Assembly: GCA_965644295.1 (NCBI GenBank)
Contig: CBFFRP010000426.1
Location: forward strand, 425,451-489,450
Reading direction: 5' to 3'
Source: Paraphysomonas bandaiensis
Taxonomy: Eukaryota; Protista; Chrysophyceae
DNA length: 64,000 bases
Shown here: one piece after another, positions 20,613-34,094 of the stretch
Layout of the letters: the number at the start of each line of letters is the position of its first letter
Position numbering within the stretch: the first letter of the stretch is position 1
Notes under the pieces: generated by a model
Seen by the model: the letters and a program-made list of their open reading frames with translations, nothing else
What the model was told of the DNA's origin: nothing
Database searches by the model: none
Made by a program: the position numbers and the translations under genes

Positions 20613-23600
20613 ATGAGCAGTGGAGGTGCAGGTAATATATCATGCATATAAAACAATCTATACTATAATAAAATAAACTTATTAAAATATTACAAATTTC
20701 TTTATAAATTTGTTTAATATTTATATATATATATATAAGGACCTAAAAAAATGCCATCGGCAGCAATGAAGAAAAGAAAAGCCGGTGGAGCGAAGAAGAT
20801 AAAGAAAAGAACTGAACCAGCTGCTGGTAAACGTAAGTGAATTATTCCTGAAGTATATATATATATATATATATATACTATTTAAATTAATATGAAAACC
20901 CCTGATTTTTTATATTAAAATATAATAATTTCATATGTATTATATATATATATAGTAATATAATATCAAATAATCTGTATATTTATATATATATTTATGC
21001 TACAGATAATCAAGAGCATAAAGATGGACTAGATCATAAATATGATTCAAAAACTCAAGATGCAAAGAATGATTATAATTCAAGTAATGAAGATTATTCA
21101 GATGATGGGGATGAAGATGCAGAGTCTTATAAACCTGGTGGATATCATCCTGTAAAGATTGGAGATATATATAATAAACGATACTTAGTAGTTGAAAAAT
21201 TAGGATGGGGACATTTTTCTACTGTATGGATGTGTCGGGATCAGATTTCCCCTGCAGCGAAACCCAAATATGTAGCAATGAAGATTCAAAAGAGTGCATC
21301 TCATTATCGTGAAGCTGCTTTTGATGAGATTGAGTTGTTACGTTGTATTTCTGTGGCTACTACAAAGGAACGAGCTTTAAAGGAGTATGGACCAGGATAT
21401 GACTGTGGTACTGTGACTCTACTGGATCATTTTGAGCATACCGGACCTCATGGAAAGCATGTGTGTATGGTATTTGAAATGCTTGGGGAGAATCTCCTGC
21501 GGGTCATCAAGAATTACGACTACAGAGGCATTTCAATCCCTGTCGTGCGAAATATGACACGACAGATATGCCTTGCCCTTGATTTTTTGCATAGACATAG
21601 CAGAATTATACACACCGACCTCAAGCCCGAAAATATCTTAGTGGCGGTTCCACCGCCCCCTCCAAGCGATCTATTTATAAAGTCCCTCATTGCGCAGCAG
21701 CACAGCCGCTCCAATACGAAGAAGAAGCCCAAGAAAGCTTCCGCAAAGAAGCCCAATAAGCACGCTGAAGCGTCAGGTAGCAAGGCTTCAGAGAGCAAGT
21801 CCGATGCGCTGTCAATGGAAGAGAAAAAGAAAATGAAGCGCAAGATGAAGAAGAAGCGCCAGCGTGCAAAGAAGGGCGATAAGTCCGGTACGGGAACTGG
21901 GACAGGGCGTCGAAAGGGAACTGGTGGAAATACAGAACCCGCCCATGCTCTAAGTGCGATAGACGAGCTAAGAGAGATGGAGCTTATGGAGCAGGCATCA
22001 GAGCCCATCGCTTATATGGCTTCGGCAGATGCTGTGGAGGGGATGCCGTCTAGTGTGCCAAGTAGTCGAAATAGCAGCGGGGCTCTCTCCTGGGGTGGAG
22101 GAGAGACAGAAGATGATGAGGAATATGACCCACTAAATCAGACAGCATCTTCGTACCAGACCTCTCTTGCTTCACTGTCGACTACTCGACAGGAGCAATT
22201 CTCTGCTCTTCTTCCTCTTGCTACCCTACCCTGGCTTAGACACACTCTGTTGGGAACCCTCAACTTCAGGTGTACATCCCAGGAGGAAGTCGAGAAGACG
22301 GAAACCCCTGCTCGGCCTGCACTCTCAGCAGAACCTGTTATTGTGGTTCCAGCGCATGTTGAAGAGCGGGACGCCATACAAGCATCTCCCATCTCTGTGC
22401 CCCCTATGCTGGCTACAAGTTCTGTTACCACAGCCTCAGCCATCAGTCCTCGGATACAGCGCGGAGTGGAAATTACAGCTATTTCTTCGGACCAATGGAC
22501 TTACCCATCCAGTGCGTTGTGGTCAACAGTGCACATGGTCATACCTGCGAAGAGGGTATGGGAGGTTTTGAGTGCACTTCCTCAGCAGACTACGAGTCTT
22601 CCACCGTTTGACTTAGAAAATGCGGCGTACTCAGAGTGGTATTGTCGCATGACAGTCGATCAGCGACCAGGCGAGTCCCTTCAGAGTGTAGAAAGCAGAC
22701 GCCAGTTCCTCTCGGCGATGGATATCGACTCTCACCAATTTTACATTAAAGGAAGGGGGTTGGACACGAGTGGCATTAGTCATGCTATTGGCAGGTGTTT
22801 AATATGCCCCCAGACGGGTGGTCCGAAGTCTGAGAAAGAGGGGAGTGGATACTCACCCTTGGTTGCAGCAGGAAAGACTCCCGATGACGACTTGCCGGTG
22901 TTGTGGACCATTGGCCATAGTGCAGTTGCTACCGAAACCATAATATATGCGCTCGAGGAGATGTTCCCTGGGATGCATTTTCTTTGTCAATGTGATGCGG
23001 AGGAGGTGGCATCCACCTCGGAGGATAGGGCTCTATGGGGCATTGTAGAGTCGCTGTGCCAACATCCTTTCACTGATGAGGACGATGCTTACAGCCGTGC
23101 GATTATTGGCATTGACTTGTCAACTGTAGCTCGTTCTCTATACCCTCCGGGATATGCTCCTCCGCCAGTTGGCTGGGAGTCGACTATTTGTCCTCTTCCC
23201 TTAAGAATGCGGATATTTGCAGGGGATATGGAAGAGGCTTTGTTTGAGTTCCAGGCCGAGTTGGACCTCAAGAAACGTGACATGGATGACGAATACGATG
23301 ACGAAGTGGAGCAGAGCAGAATTATATCCGATACTGCAGTGAAAGCTCTGGACGAGAAGTACCTCAATGCACCTCTGAAAATCGTGGATCTGGGCAACGC
23401 TTGTTGGATAGACCGTCACTTTACTGATGACATCCAGACAAGGCAATACCGGTCTCCCGAGGTGATTGTAGGGGCACGTTACGACACATCTGCGGACATA
23501 TGGAGCTTGGCGTGTATTGTATTCGAGTTACTTACCGGCGATCTACTTTTCGATCCTCATGCAGGAAAGACCTGGGACCGAGACGAAGACCATCTCGCCA

Positions 23601-24093
23601 TGATAGCCGAGCTTGTGGGAGGTTTCCCGAGGAAGATGGCCACTACGGGAAAACGTTGTCATCACTTCTTTAATAAGAAGGGCGAGTTTAGGAACATACA
23701 TCACCTCAAATTTTGGCCTCTAGAAGACGTTCTGCGGGAAAAATACCTATTTGACCCCGCTGATGCAGCCGGCATAGCAAATTTTTTGGAGAACTTATTG
23801 GAGGTGAGTGAAAACATATGAAGTGTTATTGAGCCTAACGTTGATTTAAGGTGGATCCTGAAAAGAGGTTTACTGCGGAAGAGTGTCTGAAACACCCATG
23901 GCTAACAGGGAAACAGGCATCACTGTTGGCAGCTGCGAAGCCGAGATCGAGCATGCAAATGGCTTTATCATCTTCAGACAGTGATAAAAGCCGGAGCGGC
24001 GATGGAAAGGATGACAGCGACTACGATAACGACTATTTTGATACAGATGATGACAAGGACGACAGCAGAGAAGCGAAGTGGTCTAGGAAGTAG
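20613..24093 (+). CDS. SRPK: SR protein-specific kinase with a very long spacer (multi-exon)
   Basis: YKPGGYHPVKIGD..KLGWGHFSTVW, AMKIQKSA.HY.EAA.DEI, IIHTDLKPEN, DLGNACW..HFTDDIQTRQYRSPE, GDLLFDP..RDEDHLA. The two small 5' exons are inferred from GT-AG phase. Confidence 0.95.
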
Positions 24094-24392
24094 CTGTGTG
24101 GATAGTCTATAGTATATCTAACTGCCAGAGCAATGTTAAAGTCAATATGAGATGATAACAGCTGTTTAAAAGGTTGTTAGTGTATATTTCTAACTCACAG
24201 CACTGTGCGCAGCGGAATGAATATTACCTCATAGTTATGTCCAATTGCGGATGCAGTGTGATCTAGATCGAGTGTGTATGAGTTGTTATAGTAGTTTTGT
24301 AAGAAATAGTGCATATGAGTCAGAGATAGCATTTTTCCAACGATATGAACGCCGGCGATTAGAATTCATATTTAGACGCTATCACTGCTAGA

Positions 24393-25014
24393 CAGGGTTG
24401 AGTAACAATTATTTGCAATTTAATTGCAAATGTTTTTTTGCAATTAAATTGCAATTATTAGTTATAGCTCGCGCAATTATAATTGCAATTTAATTGTGCC
24501 AATTATTGTCTAATTAACTTAGTTACTCATTGCAAACACTGCACATCCAGTTCGTAGTGAATTTCAACCCTGCAGTGTCCTGTAAGGCATCCAGGATCGG
24601 AAGAACATGATTGCCACACTACATATAGTTATACATGATTGCCACACTACGTATAGATATATATCTTCAACTAGAGGGCTATTGAACATTATATATACAC
24701 TATGGATCGAGCTGAACTAAGTTTTGTAGCTCAAAATCAAGAGGAAAGGCACATAATCGTAATGTAAAGAAAACGTTCTAATGAGAGTCCAACCTTCCCA
24801 CTATTGTAATAGCCATTGTAATAGCCATTAAGGGCAATAAATGGCCATCGTCCTTAATGTTTTGCAACTTCTAATTCTAATATTATGCGCTCTTATACTA
24901 TATAGTTCATAATTGCCAATTAATTGCAATTTAATTGCAACCTTACAGCGAGCAATTATAATTGCAATTATTAAGTATGTTCCATGCAATTCAATTAATT
25001 GTTACGCAGCCCTG
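24393..25014. mobile_element. Non-autonomous hAT element (622 bp)
   Basis: TIRs CAGGGTTGAGTAACAATTA / TAATTGTTACGCAGCCCTG. Perfect 8-bp TSD CTGCTAGA (24385-24392, 25015-25022). Reiterated subterminal TTGCAAT(T)/AATTGCAA motifs. Confidence 0.93.
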
Positions 25015-25184
25015 CTGCTAGAATACTTCTTGTCCGCTTTTTTGGCAACTATATCACTACGTTGCAGATGACAACAATAGAAATGGTTGAAATACAGACA
25101 TAGATGGATATCCTTGCTTATCAGTATTAAAGAGCAAACCATACTAGTAGTCATGTTACGTTATCTATATTCTATATAGTGAAA

Positions 25185-26416
25185 TTATAAAATGGCCACA
25201 TATATCTTGATTTCAGATGATGCGGCCGCTCTCCGCATACTTTCCTCTGTATCTGCACTTGGCGATCCCTGAACTGAGCACGATGAATCCAGGGCGATAT
25301 CTTCTGAGGTAAATATGAATTCATTGCTATTATCATCTGCACCACATCGAGAAGCGCTTATCTCCTTATATGTGGGAGTCTCTGAAGCAGGGCTATTGGC
25401 AACTACTAGCTGGCGCAAATTCTCAAGCATGCAGGAATTTGTAGAGGCGCTGCGAACGTGGTGCGAGAACATAAACGTGATAGGACTTCTACTACTTCCC
25501 ATTTTGCGCAGTTCTCGAAGAAGTTGTTGTACGGCTGTGAAAAAACGTTTAACAGAATCTTCACTGTATGTCACATCTGATGCAATTAGATATTCAATAC
25601 CAGAGGGACACACTCTGTGTACAACTCCCATTAGGCTGGCCAGACTGTCTTGTCGAGACCAGTCATAGGCCACACCTATGACTTTATCATTTTTGCTTTT
25701 CTCACTCTTTTCAACAGACTCAGACCCATCGGGCAAACCTGATAAAACTTGAACTTGGAACCACGCCGGCATGTCATTTAGTCCTCCAGGTGAAGAAAGT
25801 CGTGCCAGACAGCGTCCACAAATGTCGAAATTACACTCGACGCAACGCTGCATATGTCCACCTTCATCTATGTCCTCATCGCATACATTACACATGTAAT
25901 CTTCACAATCAGCTATGATATCTGTTAGAGTATGATGGCCTGGGCAACTCGCTTTGTATTGCTCTGAACCACTGTGGGGTGCACCATTAGATTCTTCAGG
26001 GTTGTTGTGTGAAATATTGAATTGCAGCAATGGCATAGCGTGGTCAAGATCAGTCGCAATAACCTTCTCTGCACCCAACTCCCCTAATACAAGGGACACT
26101 AATCCTGTTCCAGTACCTATTCATCAAGTTAACTCTACTAAGCATACATTGTCTGGTATTACTACCCAATTCAATCACATGTTTGCCAGTAATATCATCC
26201 GCTATAGTCTCCAAGTATCTTGATAGTGCCACTGCTCCATCCCTATACATGTGTTATATATAAATATCTATGTATTTAATATCATTACCATAGTCTAAAT
26301 GACCAGGCTGGTTCATGTGATGTTCCACCAGAAGCACATCCATCTAGATCTTGTAATACTTTAACTACTTGATTATTGAATGAATAAGAGTATTGTTTTG
26401 TAGATAATGTATTCAT
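25185..26416 (-). CDS. Family-16 (METTL21/EEF1AKMT-like) lysine methyltransferase with an inserted Cys-rich Zn-binding domain (3 exons)
   Basis: Spliced: RLW/DGAVALSRYL..GKHVIELGS/GTGLVS..VIATD..LQFNI..YDW..IASDVTY. Insert CPGHH..CNVC..CVECNFDICGRC. Start codon inferred. Confidence 0.8.
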
Positions 26417-27997
26417 GAAGAGATAAGGATGTGAGGTTGGGGTTGGGATTGGGGTTATATGTATATGTGAATGAGGGGTATTGATGTATGATACTGTTGT
26501 CCATTAACATCAATCTGTATAGTGTATAGTGTATAGTGCAGAGATGTATATTATATTATGTGTCCTGTATATAATACAATAAAGTCCAACATAACAAAAT
26601 GTTCATCATTTAATGGACTATTTCGTGTTAAAATCACAGTATTTCGATTGCTAAAATGAAAAAATTATGGAATTAAACATAAAAGACACTTTTTCATGAT
26701 TTTTTTTCATGATTTTTGGTTTTCTCTTCTCTACAGGGAATTGTCATCACTCGTATTGTACATGCGGCCAGATTAATGACTGCTATTTATTAAAATATGC
26801 AACTTTTTACACGTAAAAGCATAGATTTTTATGGGACATTGATCTATAAGCAACATACACGTTAGAGCGAATATGATCTACACAAGATACCAACACATGC
26901 ATGAGTTGCTATGCACATCCTTCTCACTTAAACATTGTGCTGTTTCTGATCTGCAATAGCAATCAATGGACTGTTTGTTTTCATAGTTAGCCTACACCAT
27001 TTCGGCTCTCATTAGAAATCTATATATAATATCTACATAGCTATTATAGATGTCATGATAGTCCCCTGGATGACCTTTAAGCTTATTCAGTACTTGCAAA
27101 TCAGTACTTGAAGTGTTGAAATGTCATGATAACGCTACTAGAAGATATCAAAGTGCTCTATATAGACAAGAAATAATAATTAATAAAGATATGAAGTAGT
27201 TAATTCATGATATCCACATATATATATACGCTGTTTCAATGCTGTTCAAGGTCGCCTCCACATCAACTACAGACCACTCTTCTAATCATCACAGGGGTTA
27301 ATGGCGTTGAATTGAGAAAGACGAAAGCTACCACAAAAGTGGTGTGCCTGGGCTATCGATTGTATAACTAACAATTAGTTTGCACAGAGACTGGGAGCGT
27401 CGCCCAAATGTGTAGTGTCCAAGATCTTTATTCACTGCTCACATTTTGATTAGTTGTTTGACTTCTATCACTCTAATGTGTACGATAGTGTTTCTATATT
27501 CTTTACTGCAAGCACGTGGTTTCTAGATTAACTTTTCAAGATTTATTATTCTATGATAAAAAGTAAATAGTAAAATAACTTAGCTACAACTGGCAACAAA
27601 CGAAGCCCTTTGTCGAACATCATTGTTGTTATTTATTTGGAATTCTTGTGAATGCAATATTAGTAGGAGGAAAGATGAAATGCTAAATGTTTGATCCAGT
27701 GGACGCTACTAGCAATAACGACTAGAATCTTTCTACATTCTACTCACTAATAAAATATATAACAATGTATGTAGTACTAGTATATCAAAAATCACAAACA
27801 CATTCTGGCTATTAAAGTTCGCTATGAAATTGCATTTGGTGGCTATATATCAATTACATACACTGTACTATATTTACATGTGCAACAAGCGTAATTGCTT
27901 AGACTGAAGGCGTTTAATATTTTAAAAAATCACTAGAAATCTAATACAACTATACAACATAGATGATTTGCACATATTCGTATGCACCACAACAATA

Positions 27998-29107
27998 TTA
28001 CCTCTCTAAATCTCCTACAAAGTCATCCGGCATACCGGAAGTGTACCTCGTAATTGTATTGAGCACATCATCCATAACCCACCCTGAACCACCTCCATCA
28101 GGATTACAGTCTATCTCCGACCAATTACCCATGTGCTTGTACACTGCACGAGCTGAATCACATGCCTCGTTATACAACGCTTGGTAGTAGGTCTCGCTAG
28201 TAGGCGGCCAGCTCATTCGCGTAACCCGTACATCGAGGTCCCCTATATTATTCCAGTACAATGTATGCGCGTCGTTTGCAAAGCATATCAGCTGTCCCGT
28301 GTTATTCGCACGAAATTCAAATTCATGTCCAACATGAAATATTGTTTCCTGCAGGCGAGATTCGTCCAGCGGAAGGTACCGAGCCTCCGACTCAAATCCT
28401 GGAGCCACTATAGTTAGCGGTCGCACAAAGTCTCCGATAGCGCACATAAGGGCCATCCAATTGGCTTCAGGAAAGCGACGACGTTTCTTTAAGTGCGGAC
28501 GGCATCTACCCACAGCAACATAGCAGTTCGAGATGGCGTCGTAAAAGGCTTCATATCCCTCAGCATCAACACGAATACCACCGTCATTCCAAAATTGATC
28601 ACCAAAGCCATGGTGAGATCCAACTACTTCGACTCTATAGTATTCGCCAGTTTGCAGAGCAAAATTTGAGGGGTTCCATTTAATTGCCGCATAAACTTTA
28701 AAGTCTGCGCTGGGTTTGGGTAGAGAGGTGTAATTTTTTAAGCGGGTGATTTTCACCTTGGCATCTTCAATTACGGAGTCCCCAACTCCCAGAATACCTA
28801 TACCCTGCTCAGCAGCACTTCTCTGGTAGTTCACATAAAACTTGTATCGTTCAGTGGTATTAGACAAAGACCCGTTGTAGATTGGAAAATGAGGAGACGT
28901 TACATCTGCGACTGCAGTTGATGTTACACCGTCGGATAGACGATTCGTATCCGTTGTAAACGGAAGGTTTGGTGTATTTCTGTCGTCACCCGGACCACCA
29001 GGAAGCACATCATTAAAATAACCGTCACGAAACGCGTCATAACCACACACGTTCACAATGGTAAGGTAAAAATATGCAATCTGCAGCAGAAGACCAATCA
29101 GCTGCAT
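27998..29107 (-). CDS. Secreted protein with a LecA/PA-IL-like galactose-binding-fold domain
   Basis: Signal peptide MQLIGLLLQIAYFYLTIVNVCG. C-terminal ALMCAIG..FHVG..FRANNTGQLICFANDAHTLYWNNIGDLDVRV resembles the ND....Y.NN.G..(V) motif of PA-IL-type domains. No introns in the ORF. Confidence 0.6.
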   Translation of the reverse strand: MQLIGLLLQIAYFYLTIVNVCGYDAFRDGYFNDVLPGGPGDDRNTPNLPFTTDTNRLSDGVTSTAVADVTSPHFPIYNGSLSNTTERYKFYVNYQRSAAEQGIGILGVGDSVIEDAKVKITRLKNYTSLPKPSADFKVYAAIKWNPSNFALQTGEYYRVEVVGSHHGFGDQFWNDGGIRVDAEGYEAFYDAISNCYVAVGRCRPHLKKRRRFPEANWMALMCAIGDFVRPLTIVAPGFESEARYLPLDESRLQETIFHVGHEFEFRANNTGQLICFANDAHTLYWNNIGDLDVRVTRMSWPPTSETYYQALYNEACDSARAVYKHMGNWSEIDCNPDGGGSGWVMDDVLNTITRYTSGMPDDFVGDLER

Positions 29108-31951
29108 GCTAACACCTAGAAATCAAAACCAATTGCACTGATTTAAGCACAAGCAAGTAGTTACCACTAATATGAAACCACAATATGGAGAGAAAAGATA
29201 TATCACTTCATCACAACATCTTAATAACGATAGAATGAGTTTGTTTCGTAACAATCAATGCATATATATATACACTCATCACACATTCAGTTCCGTTTCA
29301 GTTTTATAGTGCTGCTGTGTACAGCTATACAGTAGTGTATGTCGTACAGTACATCAATGTATAGTACTATAGTACTCGTACATAAGTATACACTGTATAC
29401 AACAGTACGAGTGTCCAAATACAGGTAGCCGTGACAGATACAATCGTACTGGACATAAAAATACGATGTAGCCCGTTAATTTACTTCTCGCAGCTGATTG
29501 GTCGCCCCATCTACAGTTCCAAGAATCATCATACAATGCATCCATCCTCTCCTGAATATACCATACTAACAGTCGTAAGAGATTGTTTACTTGTGTTCTT
29601 GCATATCGGTATCAGATATAGATGCCGTAATAATTGTGTAAAGTGAACATGATAATAAATAGAAATAGATAATAATGAAGTCACTGCATTGTTGAAAGGT
29701 GCCGTATACACCTCGGCGGTGATGGGCAAATGAAAGTAAGAAGTGTTGTGTGTAATTCACCATATGGCACATGATAAATAGTATTATGATTTCACGCACG
29801 GTGATAATAAAGGCGTCCATACCTATGGGTTTGAAGAACACTCAGCACAAGTTTAGTCTCTCGAAAGAGTTGAGCGATTCTTGTATACACCATCACATTA
29901 TCTCAATAGCTTTTACAAATGGAATTACTTATACAGATAGCAATAACCAAACCAGTATACACATATGTACTGTCGTCGTTGCAGGGCAACGGTAACTACC
30001 TGATGGACCCTAAGTTGTCAATAGTCGTGTGTGACGAAAGTAGAAACTGTCAGTACAACGACGTCAAAGAAAACTAGCCATTTGTTACAAATGCTTATCG
30101 AATATAAGTTATTATTCTTTAACTATCGTTAGGAGTACTAAATGATATTGCTGAATCTTTTATCAGAAAAAATAATATATATAATATTACAATAGTAGAG
30201 CCAACGTATCAATATCCTGAAGTAGTTGAGTACAAATGCGTTGCGTCCGTACACTATATACCTTCTTTACAGCAACGACAACAGTCCATACGTTAGCAGA
30301 TGCATGTTGACTACAAGTTTGTGTCTTTTTAGTGATTGTCGATGCTTTTCTAGAATTTATTATGTATGATTGCCAAACGATTTCATCCAGGGACTAAAAT
30401 TGATGTACAAATAACAATAACAACGAGATACGAGGCAATTTTAAGTAGTTATACTTCCTCATTCTATACATACAAGAGTTACGAGACAGAAGTGGACGAT
30501 AAAAGTATGCAGTGTTGCCTGTCATCTGTAACCTGTCATCTGAAACCCATCACCTTTTTCGCCTGTCCAGAGTTTTAATTTAGGTTAATGTAGAAAGCAG
30601 CTAAACTAATGTAAACACACTCACCTAGACGGATTGACGCTAACCCCACCCACTCTCCTCTTCTTTGCAGGTGGGGCTTTTCCAGTACCTCCTTGGGACG
30701 TTTCCTCCTTTCTATCTTCCTGTGAGATGGGCTGCGAATCTGCATATATTTTTCACGACTAATATATATATTTCGAGAGAGATACCTCCGGTGATACTGA
30801 GAGTGGGTGTTGATACGGATTCCTGTCGTACAGTATAGCCATGAACTGTGAGATGAGAAAACTATACCCATACCGTAATCGAAGAGGATACAACGCGACT
30901 AGCTTCAATACTATACATCATATCAAGTACAGCCCTGTCCAGTTTATCTTGCACCAGTGGAACCTTAATATCACTGTCACACTTCAATACTAACCGCACA
31001 TATGACTTGCCTTCAATATACCAATATAGTCGCGTCCACCAATATAATAGGACAGTTTCAAGGGAAGATAATTTCTCGAATCATCATAAGAACAATCAAC
31101 TAACACTGAAGACTTCAACGCTTTAGCAAAGAAAATACCAAAACTCCGTATGCCATTATTGGTGTATATATTTAAATCATCTTCCATCTGCAATATGAAT
31201 TAATCACTCTTAGTATAACAAAAAAATGTGTTACATGTGTTTTCAAAATATCATGGTTTAATTCCAGCTCCCACAATGCACGGGATGTCTTTGAGGATTT
31301 GACACAAGGCACCTCGGCACATATAGACATCTTCGGTATTCCATTAGCAATGCATAAGCAGCATAATCCAACACGGTCTGTAGTATTGGTCTCCATTACG
31401 ATATTGGTACAATACATATTCCTTCCTAGTGATGTCATTAAATCAGCCAAAAAGATAGTAAGGGCCCTGTCATTGTCATCCGTGCTATGATCCATGGCTA
31501 CACTAAAGGCTTGGCAGTAGAGCAACAATACAACAGCCTAATATGTCGATTGAATTGTCAGGATTACTCAGTAGGTGATATTGGGATTACAAGAGCAGTT
31601 TAAGTAAAGGATAAGTTTACTCGTATATGTATGTGGAGTTGATGATGTGCTGGGTGGTGATATCAACAGCTCTATTATGGAGGTTTACTTACTCCTTAAA
31701 TTATCGAATGAAAAGCATCTGTATGTTAATCAATTAATATCATTGGTTACGATGGAGTTTTTAATGTCTAATGAAATCATTCTAAACTCTAATAAACACC
31801 AATGATTGGACAGATGTGAGGTGTTCTGAAGTGTGACAGACACGAATGTGTATGTATGTACAGCAGTGTGTATCGATACGGCGGTATATCAGTACAGTAT
31901 GTATATGTGTATGTATATGTGTATCTATACATACATGGACAGAGTATGGAG

Positions 31952-31961
31952 TACAGCAGTA
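31952..31961 (+). promoter_or_regulatory. Candidate upstream element TACAGCAGTA (representative copy)
   Basis: Exact copies also at 7476, 9703 (-), 17055, 17350 (-), 17413 (-), 41900 and 45984, all non-coding and 5' of genes. Confidence 0.55.
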
Positions 31962-32073
31962 CAGTATACACATACATACACATACTTTGCCTGTAGATAC
32001 ACTCTGCGTGTAGATAAATATCCATATCCACCACACTGCTATACGCTTCACAATCAATCCACTATATATCCAT

Positions 32074-33242
32074 ATGCCAGAACTCCCTGAAGTAGAAGCA
32101 ACAAGACATGCTATAGAACACACTTGTGTAGGTAGCACAGTCGAACATATTCAATTCTATGGATCACATCATGAGATTCTAGATAGTAAAGTCATACAAT
32201 CAACTCCATTACAATTCAATCAACTATTAATAGGTAACATACTACAATCTATACATAGAAAAGGAAAATATTTATGGTTTATAATGAAAAATCAAAAATA
32301 TAATACAGTATTATTTCATTTTGGTATGACTGGTGCGTTAATACTCAGACATACAGCAATCCCACAATATAAATCATTTAAAGTAAATGAAGGATGGCCA
32401 CCAAAATTTACAAAATTAGAATTAAAATTTTCTAATGGTGAATTTTTAGCATATTGTGATCCACGTCGATTTGGTCGTATTAAAATTGTTTCAAGTCCGC
32501 TGTCTTGTCCCCCATTGTCAGACCTTGCACGAGATCCTTTACATGACGGTGTCACAGAAGAGTACCTTCAATCTGTTCTTCATAAATTCCGTGCACCGAT
32601 TAAATCAATATTATTAGACCAGTCGAAAGTTTGCTGTGGTATCGGAAATTGGGTTGCCGACGAGGTTCTCTATCAGTCAGCTATCCATCCTGCAACTCCT
32701 GCTTGTGATTTAGACTCTGCAATGTGTGAATCCCTATCCCGCTCGATTAATGATGTCGTTAGCACTGCAGTTAGTGTTCAGGCAAATTCCGCTCGTTTTC
32801 CAGCAACTTGGCTATTTCATAATAGATGGGGCAAAGGGAAAAAAGAAAAAGCAGTTGTCCAGACTGAGACAGGTAACTGCATCAACAGACTCTTTCTCGC
32901 AGCACCTAATGGATTTGCGGGGAATAGGTAAAGCGCATGCTATCTCATTTATTACTGTTGGAGGAAGAACTACCGCTATTGTACCGGCTGTACAGCATCT
33001 GAAACAGAAGCGTTCTTCAGGTACATTTATTACGAAATAACTATCGTGACGTTCCTTTTGCAGGGCCGCTGGAACGACAACCTAAGAATACGACGCATGT
33101 GACTCTGAATAATGAATCTCTTGAAACCAAAAAAAAACGAAAGTTATCTAGTATGGAGCATGATACTGAAGTTGACAACGACATCGTTGACATGAAAAGC
33201 ACCAGGCGTAGGTCAGGAAGACTTGCTCTAACGCCAAAGTAA
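32074..33242 (+). CDS. FPG: Formamidopyrimidine-DNA glycosylase, plant/fungal zincless type (3 exons)
   Basis: MPELPEVE, RKGKYLW, HFGMTG, DPRRFGR, LLDQ...GIGNWVADEVLY, ITVGGRTT. No Cys4 zinc finger; basic C-terminal tail. Confidence 0.95.
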
Positions 33243-34094
33243 ATATTTAGCTAAAATTGAAACACTCCTGCATAGTGTTAGTTATCTTAGTTCATACGTG
33301 TAATGTATATCCTTTACTCTGCTGTAATTTTGATGCACAGAGTCGTTCGGTAATGTTGTTTTAACCTCGTCTTGAAAATCCTCCTATACCATTTTTCAGT
33401 TGTATTCACTCTCTACATTAGCCACACAAGACACTAGTAGATTGTTTATAGAAGATATCAGCGAGCATAATAGAAAAGGAAATGAGACTATAGTATGGGC
33501 AGTATGAAAAAGTATAAAAGGTCGACCTAGTCTTAGGTTGTCAGCTTTGTATGTAACATGTCGCTAGTACATCAGGTATATGTGTCTGTTGAGCGAGTTA
33601 TGAATTTATTAAGTTCTGCTGTTGACTTCACGTTTAGACACTATCTTATGATGATTTGTCTAACAAGAAATACAACCACAGTTACATCTATGGAAGGCTG
33701 CTAGATATAGGAACAGTGCTGATAAAATATTGCACAAGAATACTGTTACTTTAATACATTTCAACCCCGTAATACTGTTGATTCACAGTACTTTCAAATA
33801 CACATGGATACAATCAGTATACAGCTATATTGTAATCGACTACCCTTATCCATTACAATTGTATATACAATTATCCACAATTCACATTCTAACATGCAAC
33901 ATGCCTACACCTAAAGAAAATATCACATTTATCACGAATCACGCAGTCATTCACGCTCGTGTACAATCAAGCTACTGTCAAATACACTGCATAATCAAAA
34001 CAGCATTGACCTATAGTGAATACGCGAATGTTCAGAACAAGTAACAATTACCCCAGCTGAGACCAAGTCGACAGTTGATTCATACGATTCAACA

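Noticed and set aside
29968-30286. MITE bounded by actgtcgtcgttgc / gcaacgacaacagt
   Set aside because: Short imperfect inverted repeat with no clear TSD or second copy.
30366-31528. Short ORFs as a gene or pseudogene
   Set aside because: No recognisable motif or consistent splice structure; may be decayed coding DNA but cannot be supported.
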